From positions 16,402 through 80,401 of the forward strand of contig JAUIER010000003.1 in the NCBI GenBank assembly GCA_030429765.1: a stretch of 64,000 nt of DNA, in the 5' to 3' direction. This DNA is from a bacterium. GTDB taxonomy: Bacteria > Omnitrophota > Gorgyraeia > Zapsychrales > Zapsychraceae. Shown here piece by piece: positions 36,604 through 47,457 of the stretch (positions are counted from its first letter, which is position 1; every line of letters begins with the position of its first letter). Position numbers and translations under genes: made by a program. Under the pieces are notes generated by a model. It was not told the DNA's origin and did not search any database. It saw nothing but the letters and a program-made list of their open reading frames with translations.

Positions 36604-37511
36604 AAATGATCGCTGATTTGTAGCGCGACATCCAGCGCGTTTATACCTTCCTGGCCGGTGACGTAGGGAGTCTGATCATTGAGGATGCAATCGGCGAAGT
36701 GTTCGAGTTCCTTTTGAAGAGGTTGATCTTTTTCAATTGGAAGACTGTGTTTGGAAATTTGATTGTCATGTTTTCGATAGATATAGGCGGACTGCTTGAC
36801 ATAATCGAGCGAGATGTAGGCGTTCCGTTGGAAGATTCTGATTTTACGCATCATGTCATCCGAGATTCGGCTGGCTGTCAAGTTGCAGACGCATCCGTTC
36901 TCAAATGTAAGCCGGACGCTGGCGATATCTTCCAGTGGCGTGAGCACCGGAATACCGGTGGCGCGAATTTCGGTAATAGACGACTTGTTCAGCGCCAGCA
37001 CGATATCGATGTCATGAATCATCAGATCCATGATGACGCCGATGTCCAGCGACCGGTTCGGAAACCGGTTGAGACGATGACATTCGATAAAGAGCGGCTG
37101 GTCGGTGAAATGCATAATCGACTGAAACGCGGTATTAAACCGTTCCACGTGACCAATCTGCAGCTTGACATTGTGAATCTCGGATAATTGAGTCAGGACC
37201 TTGGCTTCGGCCACCGTCTTAGCGATCGGTTTTTCGATAAATGTGTGAATGTTATGGCTGAGGAAAAATTCAGCGATCTCGAAATGCTTGTCTGTAGGGG
37301 TGCAGATGCTGACGGCGTCGACCCGGCCCAGCAGATCCTTGTAGTCGGTAAAGCCGGGGATGCCAAAATCGGCCGAAAGACGTTCGACCCGGTCTTTTTT
37401 GACGTCGCAGATGCCGGTCAGCTCGACTTTGTGATTGAGTTCATTGAAGATTTTGAGGTGAAGCGAGCCGAGGTGTCCGACCCCGATGATGCCGAGTTTG
37501 ATTTTTTGCAT
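36573..37511 (-). CDS. Gfo/Idh/MocA oxidoreductase, GnnA-like UDP-GlcNAc 3-dehydrogenase
   Basis: GVGHLG, IEKP, GHVERFN, DLMIHDID, LTASRIS; directly upstream of and overlapping lpxB. Confidence 0.85.
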   Translation of the reverse strand: MQKIKLGIIGVGHLGSLHLKIFNELNHKVELTGICDVKKDRVERLSADFGIPGFTDYKDLLGRVDAVSICTPTDKHFEIAEFFLSHNIHTFIEKPIAKTVAEAKVLTQLSEIHNVKLQIGHVERFNTAFQSIMHFTDQPLFIECHRLNRFPNRSLDIGVIMDLMIHDIDIVLALNKSSITEIRATGIPVLTPLEDIASVRLTFENGCVCNLTASRISDDMMRKIRIFQRNAYISLDYVKQSAYIYRKHDNQISKHSLPIEKDQPLQKELEHFADCILNDQTPYVTGQEGINALDVALQISDHLWKNNQTISL

Positions 37512-37581
37512 GAATAGGGATGACTTACGTAAATTGTTGAATCAGTTAAGTTTAATTCAATTTTGTCGATCAATAAATGCC

Positions 37582-37610
37582 TCGACAAATGCGGAAGGGT
37601 ATGCTAATAT
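37582..37610 (+). promoter_or_regulatory. sigma70-like promoter of msbA-like gene
   Basis: TCGACA(37582)-17 bp-TAATAT(37605) with TGn extension; ATG 10 nt after the -10, no SD. Confidence 0.45.
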
Positions 37611-37620
37611 CCCAACCATT

Positions 37621-39414
37621 ATGACAAATTATTTAAAACTTTTAAGATTTCTCAAAGGTCATGAAAAGCTTTTTTCGATCGCTGTGGTGCTCATGATCTT
37701 TGCCAGCATTTTCGAGGGGTTCCAGCTGCCGCTGCTGGTTCCTCTGATGGACCGTATCTTCAACAACAAGCCGATCGTGGTCGCCAACGACCTGCCCGAT
37801 TTTCTCGATAATTTTATCCAACACCTTAACACGATGGACCCGGAAAAGCTATTCTGGATTTTTCCGGTGATAACCATTGTGCTGCTGATCGTGAAGCACA
37901 CGTTTATTTTCTTCTACAAATTGTGTATGAGTGATGTGTCGCAGCGCGTCATGCGTGATATTCGTAACAAGCTTTACAGTAAGATGCAACATTTGTCGTT
38001 GGACTATTTCAGTAACAAACGGACCGGCGAATTGGTTTCCCGGATTACGTTTGACGTGAATCTCGTCGAGAATGCCTTGTCGTACGGGTTGATCGATTTA
38101 TTCTGTCAGACAACGATGATTGTTATTTATGCGACCATTGCCTTCACGATCTTTCCGAAGGGGACAATTATTCTGCTGTGTGTCTTTCCTCTCATCGCGA
38201 TTCCCATGTCTAGTCTTGGGAAGCGTCTGCGAAAATTTTCCAAGGGCATTCAGGAAAAAATAGCTGATATAAATTCCATACTACTCGAAACTATCTCCGG
38301 AGTCAAACTTGTTAAGGCTTTTTGTGCGGAGAAGCAGGAGATTGAACGTTTCGAGGCCAAGAATCATGAATATTACAAACTGCGGATGAGTTCGATCAAG
38401 CGGATTCTGGCTATTTCACCGATGACCGAGATTTTCGGGACGGTCTGCGGGGTCGGAATTATCCTGTGGATTGGTCGGCTGGTGATGAGCGGTGAGCTGT
38501 CCTCGGGGATTTTCATCCTGTTTTTTGGGTCGATTATGTCGATAATCTCGCCGATCAAGAAGCTGGGGAATGTGAACGCCCTGATTCAGCAGGCCTTGGT
38601 GGCGAATGAGCGGATTCATCAGGTCCTGGAGGCCCCGATATCAGTCCGGGAGGCGGATGATCCCTACGAGCTGGAGGAGCTCAGGGAGTCGATCCGGATG
38701 GAGGGCGTTGAATTTCGGTATTCTGATGATACGGACATAGTCTTTGCGGGGATTGACCTGGAGATCAAAAAGGGGGAGCTCATTGCCATAGTGGGACCGA
38801 CCGGGACCGGTAAAACAACCCTGGTCAGTCTGATTCCGCGCTTCTATGATCCCACCAAGGGCCGGGTGCTCTTCGACGGGCAGGACCTCAAGGACGTGAG
38901 TTTTAGGTCGCTGCGGCAGCAAATCGGCATCGTGACACAGGAATCAATCCTGTTCAATGATACGGTGCGGGCCAATATCGCCTATGGCCGTCCCAAGGCC
39001 TCACTCGCGGAAGTCGAGGAGGTGGCCAAGCAGGCCTTCGCCCACCGCTTCATTGTGAAGATGCCCCAGGGATACAGCACGGTGATTGGAGATCGGGGTT
39101 TCAGGCTTTCAGGGGGCGAAAAGCAGCGCTTATCCATCGCCCGGGCCATCCTCAAGAATCCACCAATCCTGATCCTGGATGAGGCGACCAGCCAGCTGGA
39201 TTCAGAGTCCGAAAAATTTGTCCAGGAGGCGCTCGATGAGCTGATGAAGGGCAGGACTGTCATCGCGATCGCGCATCGTTTGTCTACGATCACCAAGGCG
39301 GATAAGATCGTCGTTCTCGACGAAGGAAAGATCGTCGGTCTGGGCAAGCACAAAGAATTGCTCGAAACATGCGACCTTTACAAACGATTGCACAGCATGC
39401 AGTTTCAGGCTTAG
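37621..39414 (+). CDS. msbA: MsbA-like lipid A ABC exporter (TMD+NBD)
   Basis: ABC membrane domain, GPTGTGKT, LSGGEKQR, ILDEATSQLD, IAHRLST; divergent from lpxB. Start 37621. Confidence 0.8.
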   Translation: MTNYLKLLRFLKGHEKLFSIAVVLMIFASIFEGFQLPLLVPLMDRIFNNKPIVVANDLPDFLDNFIQHLNTMDPEKLFWIFPVITIVLLIVKHTFIFFYKLCMSDVSQRVMRDIRNKLYSKMQHLSLDYFSNKRTGELVSRITFDVNLVENALSYGLIDLFCQTTMIVIYATIAFTIFPKGTIILLCVFPLIAIPMSSLGKRLRKFSKGIQEKIADINSILLETISGVKLVKAFCAEKQEIERFEAKNHEYYKLRMSSIKRILAISPMTEIFGTVCGVGIILWIGRLVMSGELSSGIFILFFGSIMSIISPIKKLGNVNALIQQALVANERIHQVLEAPISVREADDPYELEELRESIRMEGVEFRYSDDTDIVFAGIDLEIKKGELIAIVGPTGTGKTTLVSLIPRFYDPTKGRVLFDGQDLKDVSFRSLRQQIGIVTQESILFNDTVRANIAYGRPKASLAEVEEVAKQAFAHRFIVKMPQGYSTVIGDRGFRLSGGEKQRLSIARAILKNPPILILDEATSQLDSESEKFVQEALDELMKGRTVIAIAHRLSTITKADKIVVLDEGKIVGLGKHKELLETCDLYKRLHSMQFQA

Positions 39415-39466
39415 GAGCAAACGGCCCTGGATGAGGATTTTTTTGCGCCGCAGGCGAAATTAAAGG

Positions 39467-39495
39467 TTGCATTCAAAACAATTATTGGGTATACT
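39467..39495 (+). promoter_or_regulatory. sigma70 promoter of rpsB-tsf-pyrH-frr
   Basis: TTGCAT-17 bp-TATACT; about 110-nt leader with CAGCAT/ATGCTG pairing ahead of GGAGG SD (possible S2 autoregulatory leader). Confidence 0.65.
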
Positions 39496-39611
39496 ACCAC
39501 GATTAAAATTTGGAAAGCACGTTAATGCACAGCATTACGCGGATTTGTCCTGCATCAGATGATGTTTTAAGGGCGAAAGAAACATGATGCTGAAACTCAC
39601 ATGGAGGAAAC

Positions 39612-40457
39612 ATGGTTGAAGAACTCATCAAGAAGCTACTAGAATCTGGGGTCCATTTCGGACATCAAACCCAGCGGTGGAACCCGAAAATGCAGCGTTT
39701 CATTTTCGGGCAGCGCAGCGGAATTTACATCATAGATTTGGAGAAGACAGCTGAGCATTTGGGTCAAGCTCAGGATTTTGTCAGAGACGTGGCGGCTCGC
39801 GGCGGACGCATCCTGTTTGTCGGAACGAAAAAACAGGCACAGATGATCGTTGAAGAAGAAGCCGTTAAGTCCGACATGTTCTACATCAAAAGCCGTTGGT
39901 TGGGCGGATTGTTGACCAACTTTCAAACTGTAAAAAAATCGATTCAGCGTCTGGATACAATCGAGAAGATGGCTGAAAACGGGATCTGGGAAAGTCTCAA
40001 GAAAAAAGAGATCGCGCGGCTGAATAAAGAGAAAGAGCGTTTGTTGAGAGATCTTGGCGGAATCCGTCAGATGAAGGAACTTCCGGATGTGATCTTTATC
40101 GTCGATCCAAAGCGTGAGTCGATCGCGGTCAAGGAAGCAATGAAATTGGGAATCCCACTGGTAGCGATTGTTGATACCAACTGCGATCCGGAATGTATCG
40201 ATTACCCTATCCCTGGAAACGATGATGCGTTAAAGTCAGTTCGGCTGTTGACGTCATTGATTTCTGAAAGTATCCGTGAAGGGCGTAAAGAGTTTGTGAC
40301 CAGCACAAACAAGGCGGCTGAAGAGGCTGAAGCCAAGGCCAAGGCTGATGCAGAAAAAGCCGAAGCCGAAAAGGCGGAAGCAGCCAAGGCTGCAGAAGCC
40401 CCGGCGGCCGGCAGCGGCGAGACTGGCGCGGAAACCTCCGAGAAGCCAGCTGCATAA
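39612..40457 (+). CDS. rpsB: 30S ribosomal protein S2
   Basis: [45 protein letters not shown]. Confidence 0.99.
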   Translation: MVEELIKKLLESGVHFGHQTQRWNPKMQRFIFGQRSGIYIIDLEKTAEHLGQAQDFVRDVAARGGRILFVGTKKQAQMIVEEEAVKSDMFYIKSRWLGGLLTNFQTVKKSIQRLDTIEKMAENGIWESLKKKEIARLNKEKERLLRDLGGIRQMKELPDVIFIVDPKRESIAVKEAMKLGIPLVAIVDTNCDPECIDYPIPGNDDALKSVRLLTSLISESIREGRKEFVTSTNKAAEEAEAKAKADAEKAEAEKAEAAKAAEAPAAGSGETGAETSEKPAA

Positions 40458-40505
40458 ATCACGGAACACTTTAAGATTTAATATTTGACGAAAGGATAAA
40501 GAATC

Positions 40506-41033
40506 ATGGCAATTACGGCAGAAGATATCAGAGAACTCAGAGAGATGACATCATGCGGTGTTATGGAATGTAAGAAGGCATTGGAAGAAACCGGCGGAGA
40601 TAAAGAGAAGGCCAAGGAAGTTCTCAAAAAACGTGGATTGGAATTGGCAGCCAAAAAAGGAAGCCGATCGGCCACAGAAGGACGGATTGAAACGTACATC
40701 CACGGCGGCGCAAAGATCGGTGTTATTGTTGAAGTGAATTGTGAAACAGATTTCGTCGCGAAGAACGAAGACTTTATCGCCTTCACGAGAGATTTAGCGA
40801 TGCATATCGCGGCCCTAGCTCCGCAATATGTCAGCAAAGATGACATTCCTCAGGAAGACTTGGATTCAGCCAAGGATCCCAAGGGATACGTTAAGGAAGT
40901 TGCGCTATTGGAACAGCCTTTTGTCAAAGATCCTAAATCAACGATTCAGGAAAAACTTACATCACTGGTTGCTTCAATCGGAGAAAATATTTTCATTCGA
41001 CGTTTTGTCCGTTACAAAGTCAACGAAGTATAG
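40506..41033 (+). CDS. tsf: Elongation factor Ts (short form)
   Basis: ELREMTSCGVMECKKAL, EVNCETDFVA, LLEQPFVKD, GENIFIRRF. Confidence 0.97.
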   Translation: MAITAEDIRELREMTSCGVMECKKALEETGGDKEKAKEVLKKRGLELAAKKGSRSATEGRIETYIHGGAKIGVIVEVNCETDFVAKNEDFIAFTRDLAMHIAALAPQYVSKDDIPQEDLDSAKDPKGYVKEVALLEQPFVKDPKSTIQEKLTSLVASIGENIFIRRFVRYKVNEV

Positions 41034-41036
41034 TGA

Positions 41037-41816
41037 ATGGCGGCTCCAGCCGGTAAATCATTTGACAAAAAAGATCGTATTTCAGTGGTTAATCAAAAAC
41101 CTGCCTACAATACAATATTACTCAAGCTTAGCGGAGAGGCATTACTCGGTAGTCAAGACCACGGTATCGATATCGAGATGTGCGCTTCATTAGCTGAGCA
41201 GATCAAGGATATTCATACATTAGGAGTACGAATCGCATTAGTCGTCGGAGGTGGTAACATCTTTCGGGGACAAGTCCAATCCAAGCGTTTTGGTTTGGAC
41301 CGCTCTGTGGCAGATTATATGGGAATGTTAGCCACCGTTCTTAACGGGCTGGCATTACAGAACGCGCTCGAAAAGGTTGGTGTCCCGACCAGGGTCATGA
41401 CGGCGATTGAAATGTCTGCCGTCGCTGAACCATACATCCGGCGTCGGGCGCTTCGACATTTGGAAAAAAATCGTGTGGTCATCTTTGTGGCCGGAACCGG
41501 GAATCCTTATTTCACGACGGATACGGCCGCGGCGCTACGCGCGTCAGAGCTCAAGGCGGACGTGATCCTCAAGGCGACGAAAGTTGACGGTGTCTATTCT
41601 GATGATCCGGTCAAAAATCCGGATGCGACACGTTTTGATTCTTTGAAATTTATCGATGTGCTTCAGAAGAATTTGCGAGTTATGGATGCCACGGCGATCA
41701 GCATGTGCATGGACAATAATTTGCCGATCATCGTTTTTAATTTGCTGCAGGAAGGAAATGTCAAAAAAGTGGTACTGGGCGAAAATATTGGAACCGTCGT
41801 TAACAGTGGAGATTAA
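41037..41816 (+). CDS. pyrH: UMP kinase
   Basis: [40 protein letters not shown]. Confidence 0.98.
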   Translation: MAAPAGKSFDKKDRISVVNQKPAYNTILLKLSGEALLGSQDHGIDIEMCASLAEQIKDIHTLGVRIALVVGGGNIFRGQVQSKRFGLDRSVADYMGMLATVLNGLALQNALEKVGVPTRVMTAIEMSAVAEPYIRRRALRHLEKNRVVIFVAGTGNPYFTTDTAAALRASELKADVILKATKVDGVYSDDPVKNPDATRFDSLKFIDVLQKNLRVMDATAISMCMDNNLPIIVFNLLQEGNVKKVVLGENIGTVVNSGD

Positions 41817-41818
41817 GT

Positions 41819-42379
41819 ATGCCAGTTAAAGAAATCTTAAATGACACTGAATCAAAAATGAAAAAGACCATCGAAGCGACCAAGCGGGAATTCGCGGAGG
41901 TCCGAACGGGACGCGCGCATCCAGGTTTGATCGAAGGTTTACATGTTGATTATTATGGAACTCCGACGATGGTGAAGGACATGGCGTCAATCAACATTCC
42001 CGATCCGAAGACGATATCAATTCAGCCGTGGGATGCATCGGCGTTACCGGAGATCGAAAAAGCTATTTCAGCGTCGAATCTGGGGCTGACACCCAATAAC
42101 GACGGTAAGATCATCCGGCTGAATATTCCGCCATTATCAGAAGAACGTCGAATTGAGTTGGCGAAGATGGTGAAGGAAATGGCCGAGAAGTCACGCGTGT
42201 CGCTCCGAACGATCCGTCGTGATTCAAATGACAAACTCAAGAAGATGAAGGCGGATAAGCAGGTTTCGGAGGATGATGAATTCAAAGCGCATGAAGCCGT
42301 GCAGAAATTGACGGATACGTATATTAAGGAAATTGACGGTCTATTGGCTGATAAAGAAAAACAGTTGATGGAACACTGA
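41819..42379 (+). CDS. frr: Ribosome recycling factor
   Basis: RTGRAHP, VDYYG, LGLTPNNDG, PPLSEERR. Confidence 0.98.
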   Translation: MPVKEILNDTESKMKKTIEATKREFAEVRTGRAHPGLIEGLHVDYYGTPTMVKDMASINIPDPKTISIQPWDASALPEIEKAISASNLGLTPNNDGKIIRLNIPPLSEERRIELAKMVKEMAEKSRVSLRTIRRDSNDKLKKMKADKQVSEDDEFKAHEAVQKLTDTYIKEIDGLLADKEKQLMEH

Positions 42380-42461
42380 TTCTGTTCTTTAAAAATTGAA
42401 TTTTAGTATTCACATTTAATTCAGATTTGTGTAAACTCTGAAAATAAGTTTGCATCAATTT

Positions 42462-42534
42462 GAGCCTCTAGCTCATCCGGTAGAGCATCTCCCTTTTAAG
42501 GAGAGGGTGGCGCGTTCGAGTCGCGCGAGGCTCA
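42462..42534 (+). tRNA. tRNA-Lys(TTT)
   Basis: Acceptor GAGCCTC/GAGGCTC, anticodon arm TCTCC-CTTTTAA-GGAGA, T-arm GCGCG-TTCGAGT-CGCGC; CCA not encoded. Confidence 0.95.
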
Positions 42535-42540
42535 CTCTTG

Positions 42541-42580
42541 TTCCTCCGGCTCAGACCTGAGATAGTCCGAGTCGGAGGAA
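42541..42580 (+). other. GC-rich spacer hairpin between tRNA-Lys and tRNA-Leu
   Basis: TTCCTCCGGCTC...GAGTCGGAGGAA 12-bp stem (one G:U). Confidence 0.55.
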
Positions 42581-42589
42581 AACATTTTT

Positions 42590-42671
42590 GCCCCGCTGGT
42601 GGAATTGGTAGACACGCTAGTCTTAGGAACTAGTGCCGCAAGGCGTGGGGGTTCAAGTCCCTCGCGGGGCA
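42590..42671 (+). tRNA. tRNA-Leu(TAG)
   Basis: Acceptor GCCCCGC/GCGGGGC, anticodon arm CTAGT-CTTAGGA-ACTAG, long variable arm GCC-GCAA-GGC, GTTCAAGT T-loop. Confidence 0.95.
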
Positions 42672-42757
42672 TTTTATGAAGTCCTATCCGGATCATTATT
42701 TCAGAATTTATAGCAGCACGGACGTCACGTCCGGAGCTTTTATACAATCACAATTTT

Positions 42758-42834
42758 GCGGCGGTAATTCAGTTGGCTAGAATGCCACCTTGCCAAGGTG
42801 GATGTCGTGGGTTCGAATCCCATCCGCCGCTCCA
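42758..42834 (+). tRNA. tRNA-Gly(GCC)
   Basis: Acceptor GCGGCGG/CCGCCGC, anticodon arm CCACC-TTGCCAA-GGTGG, GTTCGAAT, encoded TCCA end. Confidence 0.96.
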
Positions 42835-42918
42835 TTTTACAAAACAACCATCTTATACAGACCTAGATCAACCGGGTTTGCTTGGAACGCAGCTTGCGGC
42901 CAATTTGGAGGAATATAT

Positions 42919-43395
42919 ATGAAAATTAGTGACTTTCTTTGCACGAAAGCTGTTTGTTCAGATCTACAGGCCAGCACAAAAGAAGAGGTTATTTCTGAGT
43001 TGGTCGGCCTATTGATTGACGCCGGAGAGATCAAGAAGAATCATAAAAGCAAGATCATCGAAGTTCTTCTGGCCCGTGAGGCGCTGGGATCTACAGCTAT
43101 CGGCCAAGGAATCGCCATCCCGCACGGGAAGACCGGTTGTGTGGATAGCCTGGTCGGATGTCTCGGAGTCAGCAAGAAAGGCATCAACTTTGACTCGTTG
43201 GATGGTGAACCAGCTTATATATTTTTCCTACTCGTTGCTCCTGTCGACTCGGCAGGTCCTCACCTCAAAGCTTTGGCACGTATTTCCCGTCTCCTGAAAG
43301 ACAAATTTGTCCGTGACAATTTGAAAGCCGTCAAGGACGACAAAGATATGTTAAAGCTCGTCCAGCAAGAAGACGGACGACTATCAAAACTTTAG
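42919..43395 (+). CDS. ptsN: PTS IIA component (EIIA-Ntr/fructose-type)
   Basis: REALGSTAIGQGIAIPHGK, FDSLDG, HLKALARISRLL; ATG 42919 after GGAGG. Confidence 0.88.
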   Translation: MKISDFLCTKAVCSDLQASTKEEVISELVGLLIDAGEIKKNHKSKIIEVLLAREALGSTAIGQGIAIPHGKTGCVDSLVGCLGVSKKGINFDSLDGEPAYIFFLLVAPVDSAGPHLKALARISRLLKDKFVRDNLKAVKDDKDMLKLVQQEDGRLSKL

Positions 43396-43397
43396 TT

Positions 43398-44648
43398 ATG
43401 CCTAAAAATCCTTTCAGATGGCTGTACCCCGGCATGAAGATCAAACGGTGGTTGCTCGCTTCTTTGCTGGGCATTGTCATTGTTGCTGTCGGCGCGGTCA
43501 TTATAGGGAAGGTAGATGAACCTCATCCGCTGGTCAGCACGATCGGATTTATCTGGATCTTGTGCGGGATGGTATTAATCGTCCTCGGGATGAGCAAGAT
43601 GATTGTTTCGCTGTTGGCTTTGGTTCTACCCAAGGGTGAGCGGGAGCTGGTGAACATTCTGTACCAGAAGACGTATCTCGAGCGCGGACCCAAGATCGCC
43701 ACTGTAGGCGGCGGGACGGGTTTGTCGCATTTAATATTTGGTCTGAAGGAATATTCGTCGAACATCACCGCGATCGTTACTGTGGCGGATAGCGGTGGAT
43801 CTTCAGGCCGGCTGCGCGAAGAATTTAACATTGTCGCTCCAGGAGACATACGCAACTGTTTGGTGGCGTTAGCTGATGCCCCCGAACTGGTTGGCGAGCT
43901 CTTTCAATACCGTTTTTCCAAAGATTCACAATTGCAGGGACACAATTTCGGCAATCTTTTTTTGACCGCCATGTATCAACTGACGGATGGTGATTTTGAA
44001 AAAGCTGTCAACGAGACCAGCAAGGTCCTCGCCATTCGCGGGAAAGTTGTACCGGCCACGGTGAGTAATGTGCATCTGGAAGCAGAATATGTCGACGGAA
44101 CCCGTACACACGGCGAAGACAAGATTCCCAATCCGGATGTCCGAATTCATCGCGTGTCTTTGACCGGTGAAGCCTCGAAACCGACTCGGGATGCCCTTAA
44201 GGCCATCCAGGAAGCTGATATTATTGTGTTGGGTCCCGGCAGTTTGTACACCAGTGTCATTCCCAATCTGCTGATTAACGGAATGAGCGAGGCGATTGCC
44301 AAATCGCAGGCGTTTAAGATCTATATCTGCAACGTGATGACCCAGCATGGCGAAACAGACGGCTACTCGGCAAGTGACCACGCTCGGGCCATTATCGATC
44401 ATTCTCAAGAAGGAGTGATCGATGCCTGTTTGATTAACAATGCGATTGTTCCGCCGGAGGCCCTTGAACGCTATCAGGAGGAACAGGCGTATCCCGTCGA
44501 GGCGGATATTGAAAAATTCAGGGAGCTAGGCGTCAAAGTGGAAGCCACCGATTTGTTGGGAGTAACGGATTATGTTCGGCACGATTCGAAAAAGCTGAAC
44601 AAAGCGCTCATTAAACTCATTGAAACGCATCGTGTGATACGACGCTAG
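43398..44648 (+). CDS. yvcK: YvcK/GlmR (UPF0052) protein with N-terminal TM hairpin
   Basis: GGGTGLS, TVADSGGSSGRLR, PGDIRNCL, GHNFGNL, GPGSLYTS, VRHDS. Confidence 0.93.
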   Translation: MPKNPFRWLYPGMKIKRWLLASLLGIVIVAVGAVIIGKVDEPHPLVSTIGFIWILCGMVLIVLGMSKMIVSLLALVLPKGERELVNILYQKTYLERGPKIATVGGGTGLSHLIFGLKEYSSNITAIVTVADSGGSSGRLREEFNIVAPGDIRNCLVALADAPELVGELFQYRFSKDSQLQGHNFGNLFLTAMYQLTDGDFEKAVNETSKVLAIRGKVVPATVSNVHLEAEYVDGTRTHGEDKIPNPDVRIHRVSLTGEASKPTRDALKAIQEADIIVLGPGSLYTSVIPNLLINGMSEAIAKSQAFKIYICNVMTQHGETDGYSASDHARAIIDHSQEGVIDACLINNAIVPPEALERYQEEQAYPVEADIEKFRELGVKVEATDLLGVTDYVRHDSKKLNKALIKLIETHRVIRR

Positions 44649-44673
44649 ATTATTTGTCAGCCGGGATCTTGAG

Positions 44674-44937
44674 ATGCCTAAAGTGCAAAAAGAAGTGATC
44701 ATCAAGAACGAAAAGGGATTGCATATCCGTGTGGCCAGTGAATTGGTCAGGGTAGCGTCCCAGTACCAGGCTGATCTGTTTCTTCACAAAGGGGATAATC
44801 AGATCGACGCCAAATCGATCATGAGTGTCTTAACATTGGAGGGTTCATATAACTCCAAAATCCTGATTGTTGCCGACGGGGAAGATGCTGAAGAGGCGAT
44901 TATCGAGATTGAAAAGATCTTAATCGAGCAAGAATAA
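44674..44937 (+). CDS. ptsH: HPr phosphocarrier
   Basis: GLHIRVA (His15 site) and DAKSIMSV (Ser46 site). Confidence 0.92.
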   Translation: MPKVQKEVIIKNEKGLHIRVASELVRVASQYQADLFLHKGDNQIDAKSIMSVLTLEGSYNSKILIVADGEDAEEAIIEIEKILIEQE

Positions 44938-44941
44938 AGAT

Positions 44942-46708
44942 ATGAAAGAAACCATCATCAAAGGAATTCCGGCTGCGCCGGGTATCGCGATCGGCAAGGC
45001 ATTTGTCCTGGATAAACAGGAGTTCGTCGTGCCGCCACGGTATATCATGCCGCAGGAAGTGTCTGTTGAGATCGCCCGTTTTGAAGAGGCCTTAAACAAG
45101 GCTAAGTACGAAATCGAAGAGATCCAGAAACGTATTGCGGAAGAGATCGGCGAGGAGCATTCAAAGATATTTGACGGTCACATTATGGTGCTCCAGGATA
45201 AGACGATGATGGGCGAGGTTATCAAGCAGATCCAGGAAGACAAGATGTCGGCCGAGTTTGTTTTTTCTGAAGTGCTCAAAAAGTATTCCAAGATCTTCGA
45301 GAAAATGGAGGATGAATACATCAAAGAACGTGTCAGTGACATCAGCGATGTGGGCCGCCGTGTTCTCAAGAATCTCACTAATGAATATAAACTGCATGAT
45401 TTTGAAAATCTGACCAACGATTTGATCATTGTCAGCTATGATCTTTCTCCATCGGACACAGCGAGTATGTTCAATAAGAAAATCCTCGCGTTTTGTACGG
45501 ACGTGGGCGGAAAGACTTCGCACTCGGCGATTATGGCCAAGTCGCTGGGAATACCCGCGGTCGTGGGATTGAAGGACGCGACGCTTCGAATCCGCAATCA
45601 GGATACGATTATTGTCGACGGACGCAAAGGGTTGGTTATCATCAATCCATCCGGTGATACGCGCAAAGAGTACGAGAGCGTGCAGGACCGGATCAATGAA
45701 TTCAAGGATCAGTACCAGAATATCAAGGACCTGCCGGCCGAGACACTCGACGGACATCAGGTCCAGCTTTACGCCAATCTGGAGTTGCCCGAAGAGATTC
45801 CACTCGTGCAGCAGCAAAATGCCAATGGAATCGGTTTGTACCGCACGGAATATTTCTACATGAACAGGGTCGACCTGCCTTCCGAAGAGGAACAGTTTAA
45901 GGCGTACAAACACGTAGCTGAGGCGGTGGCGCCCAAGCAAATCACCATCCGTAGTCTGGATTTGGGCGGGGACAAGTTTTTGTCGAGCCTTCAGATTCCC
46001 AAAGAGATGTATCCTTCATTGGGATGGCGGGCGATTCGTTTTTGTCTGGCCCAGCCTGAGATTTTTAAAACGCAATTGCGGGCCATTCTGCGGGCATCAC
46101 ACTACGGCAAGATCCGTTTGATGTATCCCATGATTTCGGGTTTATCCGAGCTTAAGCAGGCAAATGCGGTTCTGGACGAAGTTAAAAAAGGCCTGATGGA
46201 TGAGAAGATTCCGTTTGATCAGGAATTACCGGTGGGTGTGATGATCGAAGTCCCGTCAGCGGCGATGACGGCGGATATTCTCTCCCAGGAAGCCGACTTC
46301 TTCAGCATCGGAACGAATGATTTGATCCAGTACACTCTCGCGATTGACCGGGTCAACGAGCAGACAGCCAATTTGTATGAGCCGAGTCATCCGGCTATTT
46401 TACGCCTGATAAAGAAAACCATCGACAGTGGTCAGACGGCGGGGATCAATGTTTCTTTGTGTGGAGAGATGTCGGGTGAACCGATATCGGCCTTGCTGTT
46501 GTTGGGAATGGGCTTGAAGGAATTTAGTATGTCGCCGTTAAGTTTGCTTCAAATCAAGAAGTTGGTGCGTTCGGTCAACTACAGCGATGCCAAATTACTG
46601 GCGGATGAAGTCTTAAATTTGTCAACGGGTGAGGAAGTCGAACGTGTTGCACGCAAACGGCTGAAGGATCTGGCCCCGAATGTCTTTGAAATTGCCGCAG
46701 AGGAATAA
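44942..46708 (+). CDS. ptsI: PEP-protein phosphotransferase (Enzyme I)
   Basis: [39 protein letters not shown]. Confidence 0.96.
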   Translation: MKETIIKGIPAAPGIAIGKAFVLDKQEFVVPPRYIMPQEVSVEIARFEEALNKAKYEIEEIQKRIAEEIGEEHSKIFDGHIMVLQDKTMMGEVIKQIQEDKMSAEFVFSEVLKKYSKIFEKMEDEYIKERVSDISDVGRRVLKNLTNEYKLHDFENLTNDLIIVSYDLSPSDTASMFNKKILAFCTDVGGKTSHSAIMAKSLGIPAVVGLKDATLRIRNQDTIIVDGRKGLVIINPSGDTRKEYESVQDRINEFKDQYQNIKDLPAETLDGHQVQLYANLELPEEIPLVQQQNANGIGLYRTEYFYMNRVDLPSEEEQFKAYKHVAEAVAPKQITIRSLDLGGDKFLSSLQIPKEMYPSLGWRAIRFCLAQPEIFKTQLRAILRASHYGKIRLMYPMISGLSELKQANAVLDEVKKGLMDEKIPFDQELPVGVMIEVPSAAMTADILSQEADFFSIGTNDLIQYTLAIDRVNEQTANLYEPSHPAILRLIKKTIDSGQTAGINVSLCGEMSGEPISALLLLGMGLKEFSMSPLSLLQIKKLVRSVNYSDAKLLADEVLNLSTGEEVERVARKRLKDLAPNVFEIAAEE

Positions 46709-46719
46709 GGAGTTAACAC

Positions 46720-47457
46720 ATGAAAATTTTAGTATTGGCCGCTGGATACGGAACCCGCTTGAAGGCCATCGCAGAAAACACCCCTAAACCGCTTTTGCCG
46801 ATTAGTGACCGTCCGTTGATGAATTATATCCTGGACCGGGTCAAGGGGTTGAATAGACTGAATGAAGTGATTGTGATCACCAACAATAAATTTGCCGAAA
46901 CCTTCGAACAATGGGCGGCGGAGACCTCCATCGGGGTTCCCATCACCGTGGTCAATGACGGCACCAATTCTCCGGAGGACCGCCTGGGATCGATCGGGGA
47001 TATTAATTTTGCCATTGAGAACCGCCAGCTGGAGGATGACCTGCTGGTCATCGGAGGCGATAATTTGTTTGATTATAACGTGGATGAGTATATAATGTTT
47101 GCTCAGGAAAAGGTGGCCGGATCCGCCGTGATCGGGCTATATGACGTGGGTGACAGAGAAGAGGCCAAGCTGTATGGCGTTGTGGGACTTGATGATACGA
47201 ACCGGATCATCTCGTTCGAGGAAAAGCCCCAGGAGCCCAAATCGACTCTGATTTCCATGTGTTTTTACTACCTGCCCAAAGATAATCTGTCGCTGGTTGG
47301 ACAGTATTTAAGGGAAGTCGGAAAGGCCGACAAGGCCGGAGACTATATCCGCTGGTTGCACAAACAAACCGATGTTTATGGATTTACGTTCAGCGGTAAG
47401 TGGTTTGACATAGGCAGTGTGGAAGCATATCAAGATGCTCAGAAAAATTTTAAATAA
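46720..47457 (+). CDS. Sugar-phosphate nucleotidyltransferase family protein
   Basis: LAAGYGTRL...PKPLL, GGDNL, FEEKP, WFDIG. Confidence 0.9.
   Translation: MKILVLAAGYGTRLKAIAENTPKPLLPISDRPLMNYILDRVKGLNRLNEVIVITNNKFAETFEQWAAETSIGVPITVVNDGTNSPEDRLGSIGDINFAIENRQLEDDLLVIGGDNLFDYNVDEYIMFAQEKVAGSAVIGLYDVGDREEAKLYGVVGLDDTNRIISFEEKPQEPKSTLISMCFYYLPKDNLSLVGQYLREVGKADKAGDYIRWLHKQTDVYGFTFSGKWFDIGSVEAYQDAQKNFK

Noticed and set aside
40310-40457. Ala/Glu/Lys repeat tail of RpsB
   Set aside because: Low-complexity C-terminal tails are common on S2 proteins.
42462-42834. tRNA cluster as an island integration site; ORFs 42532-42747(-) and the 42790 extension of ptsN
   Set aside because: Flanks are housekeeping genes and I noticed no duplicated tRNA 3' end; the ORFs overlap tRNA genes and are spurious.
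45161-45940. Long antisense ORFs (259 aa opposite ptsI; similarly 244 aa opposite topA)
   Set aside because: No recognisable motifs; expected antisense shadows of strongly codon-biased conserved genes.
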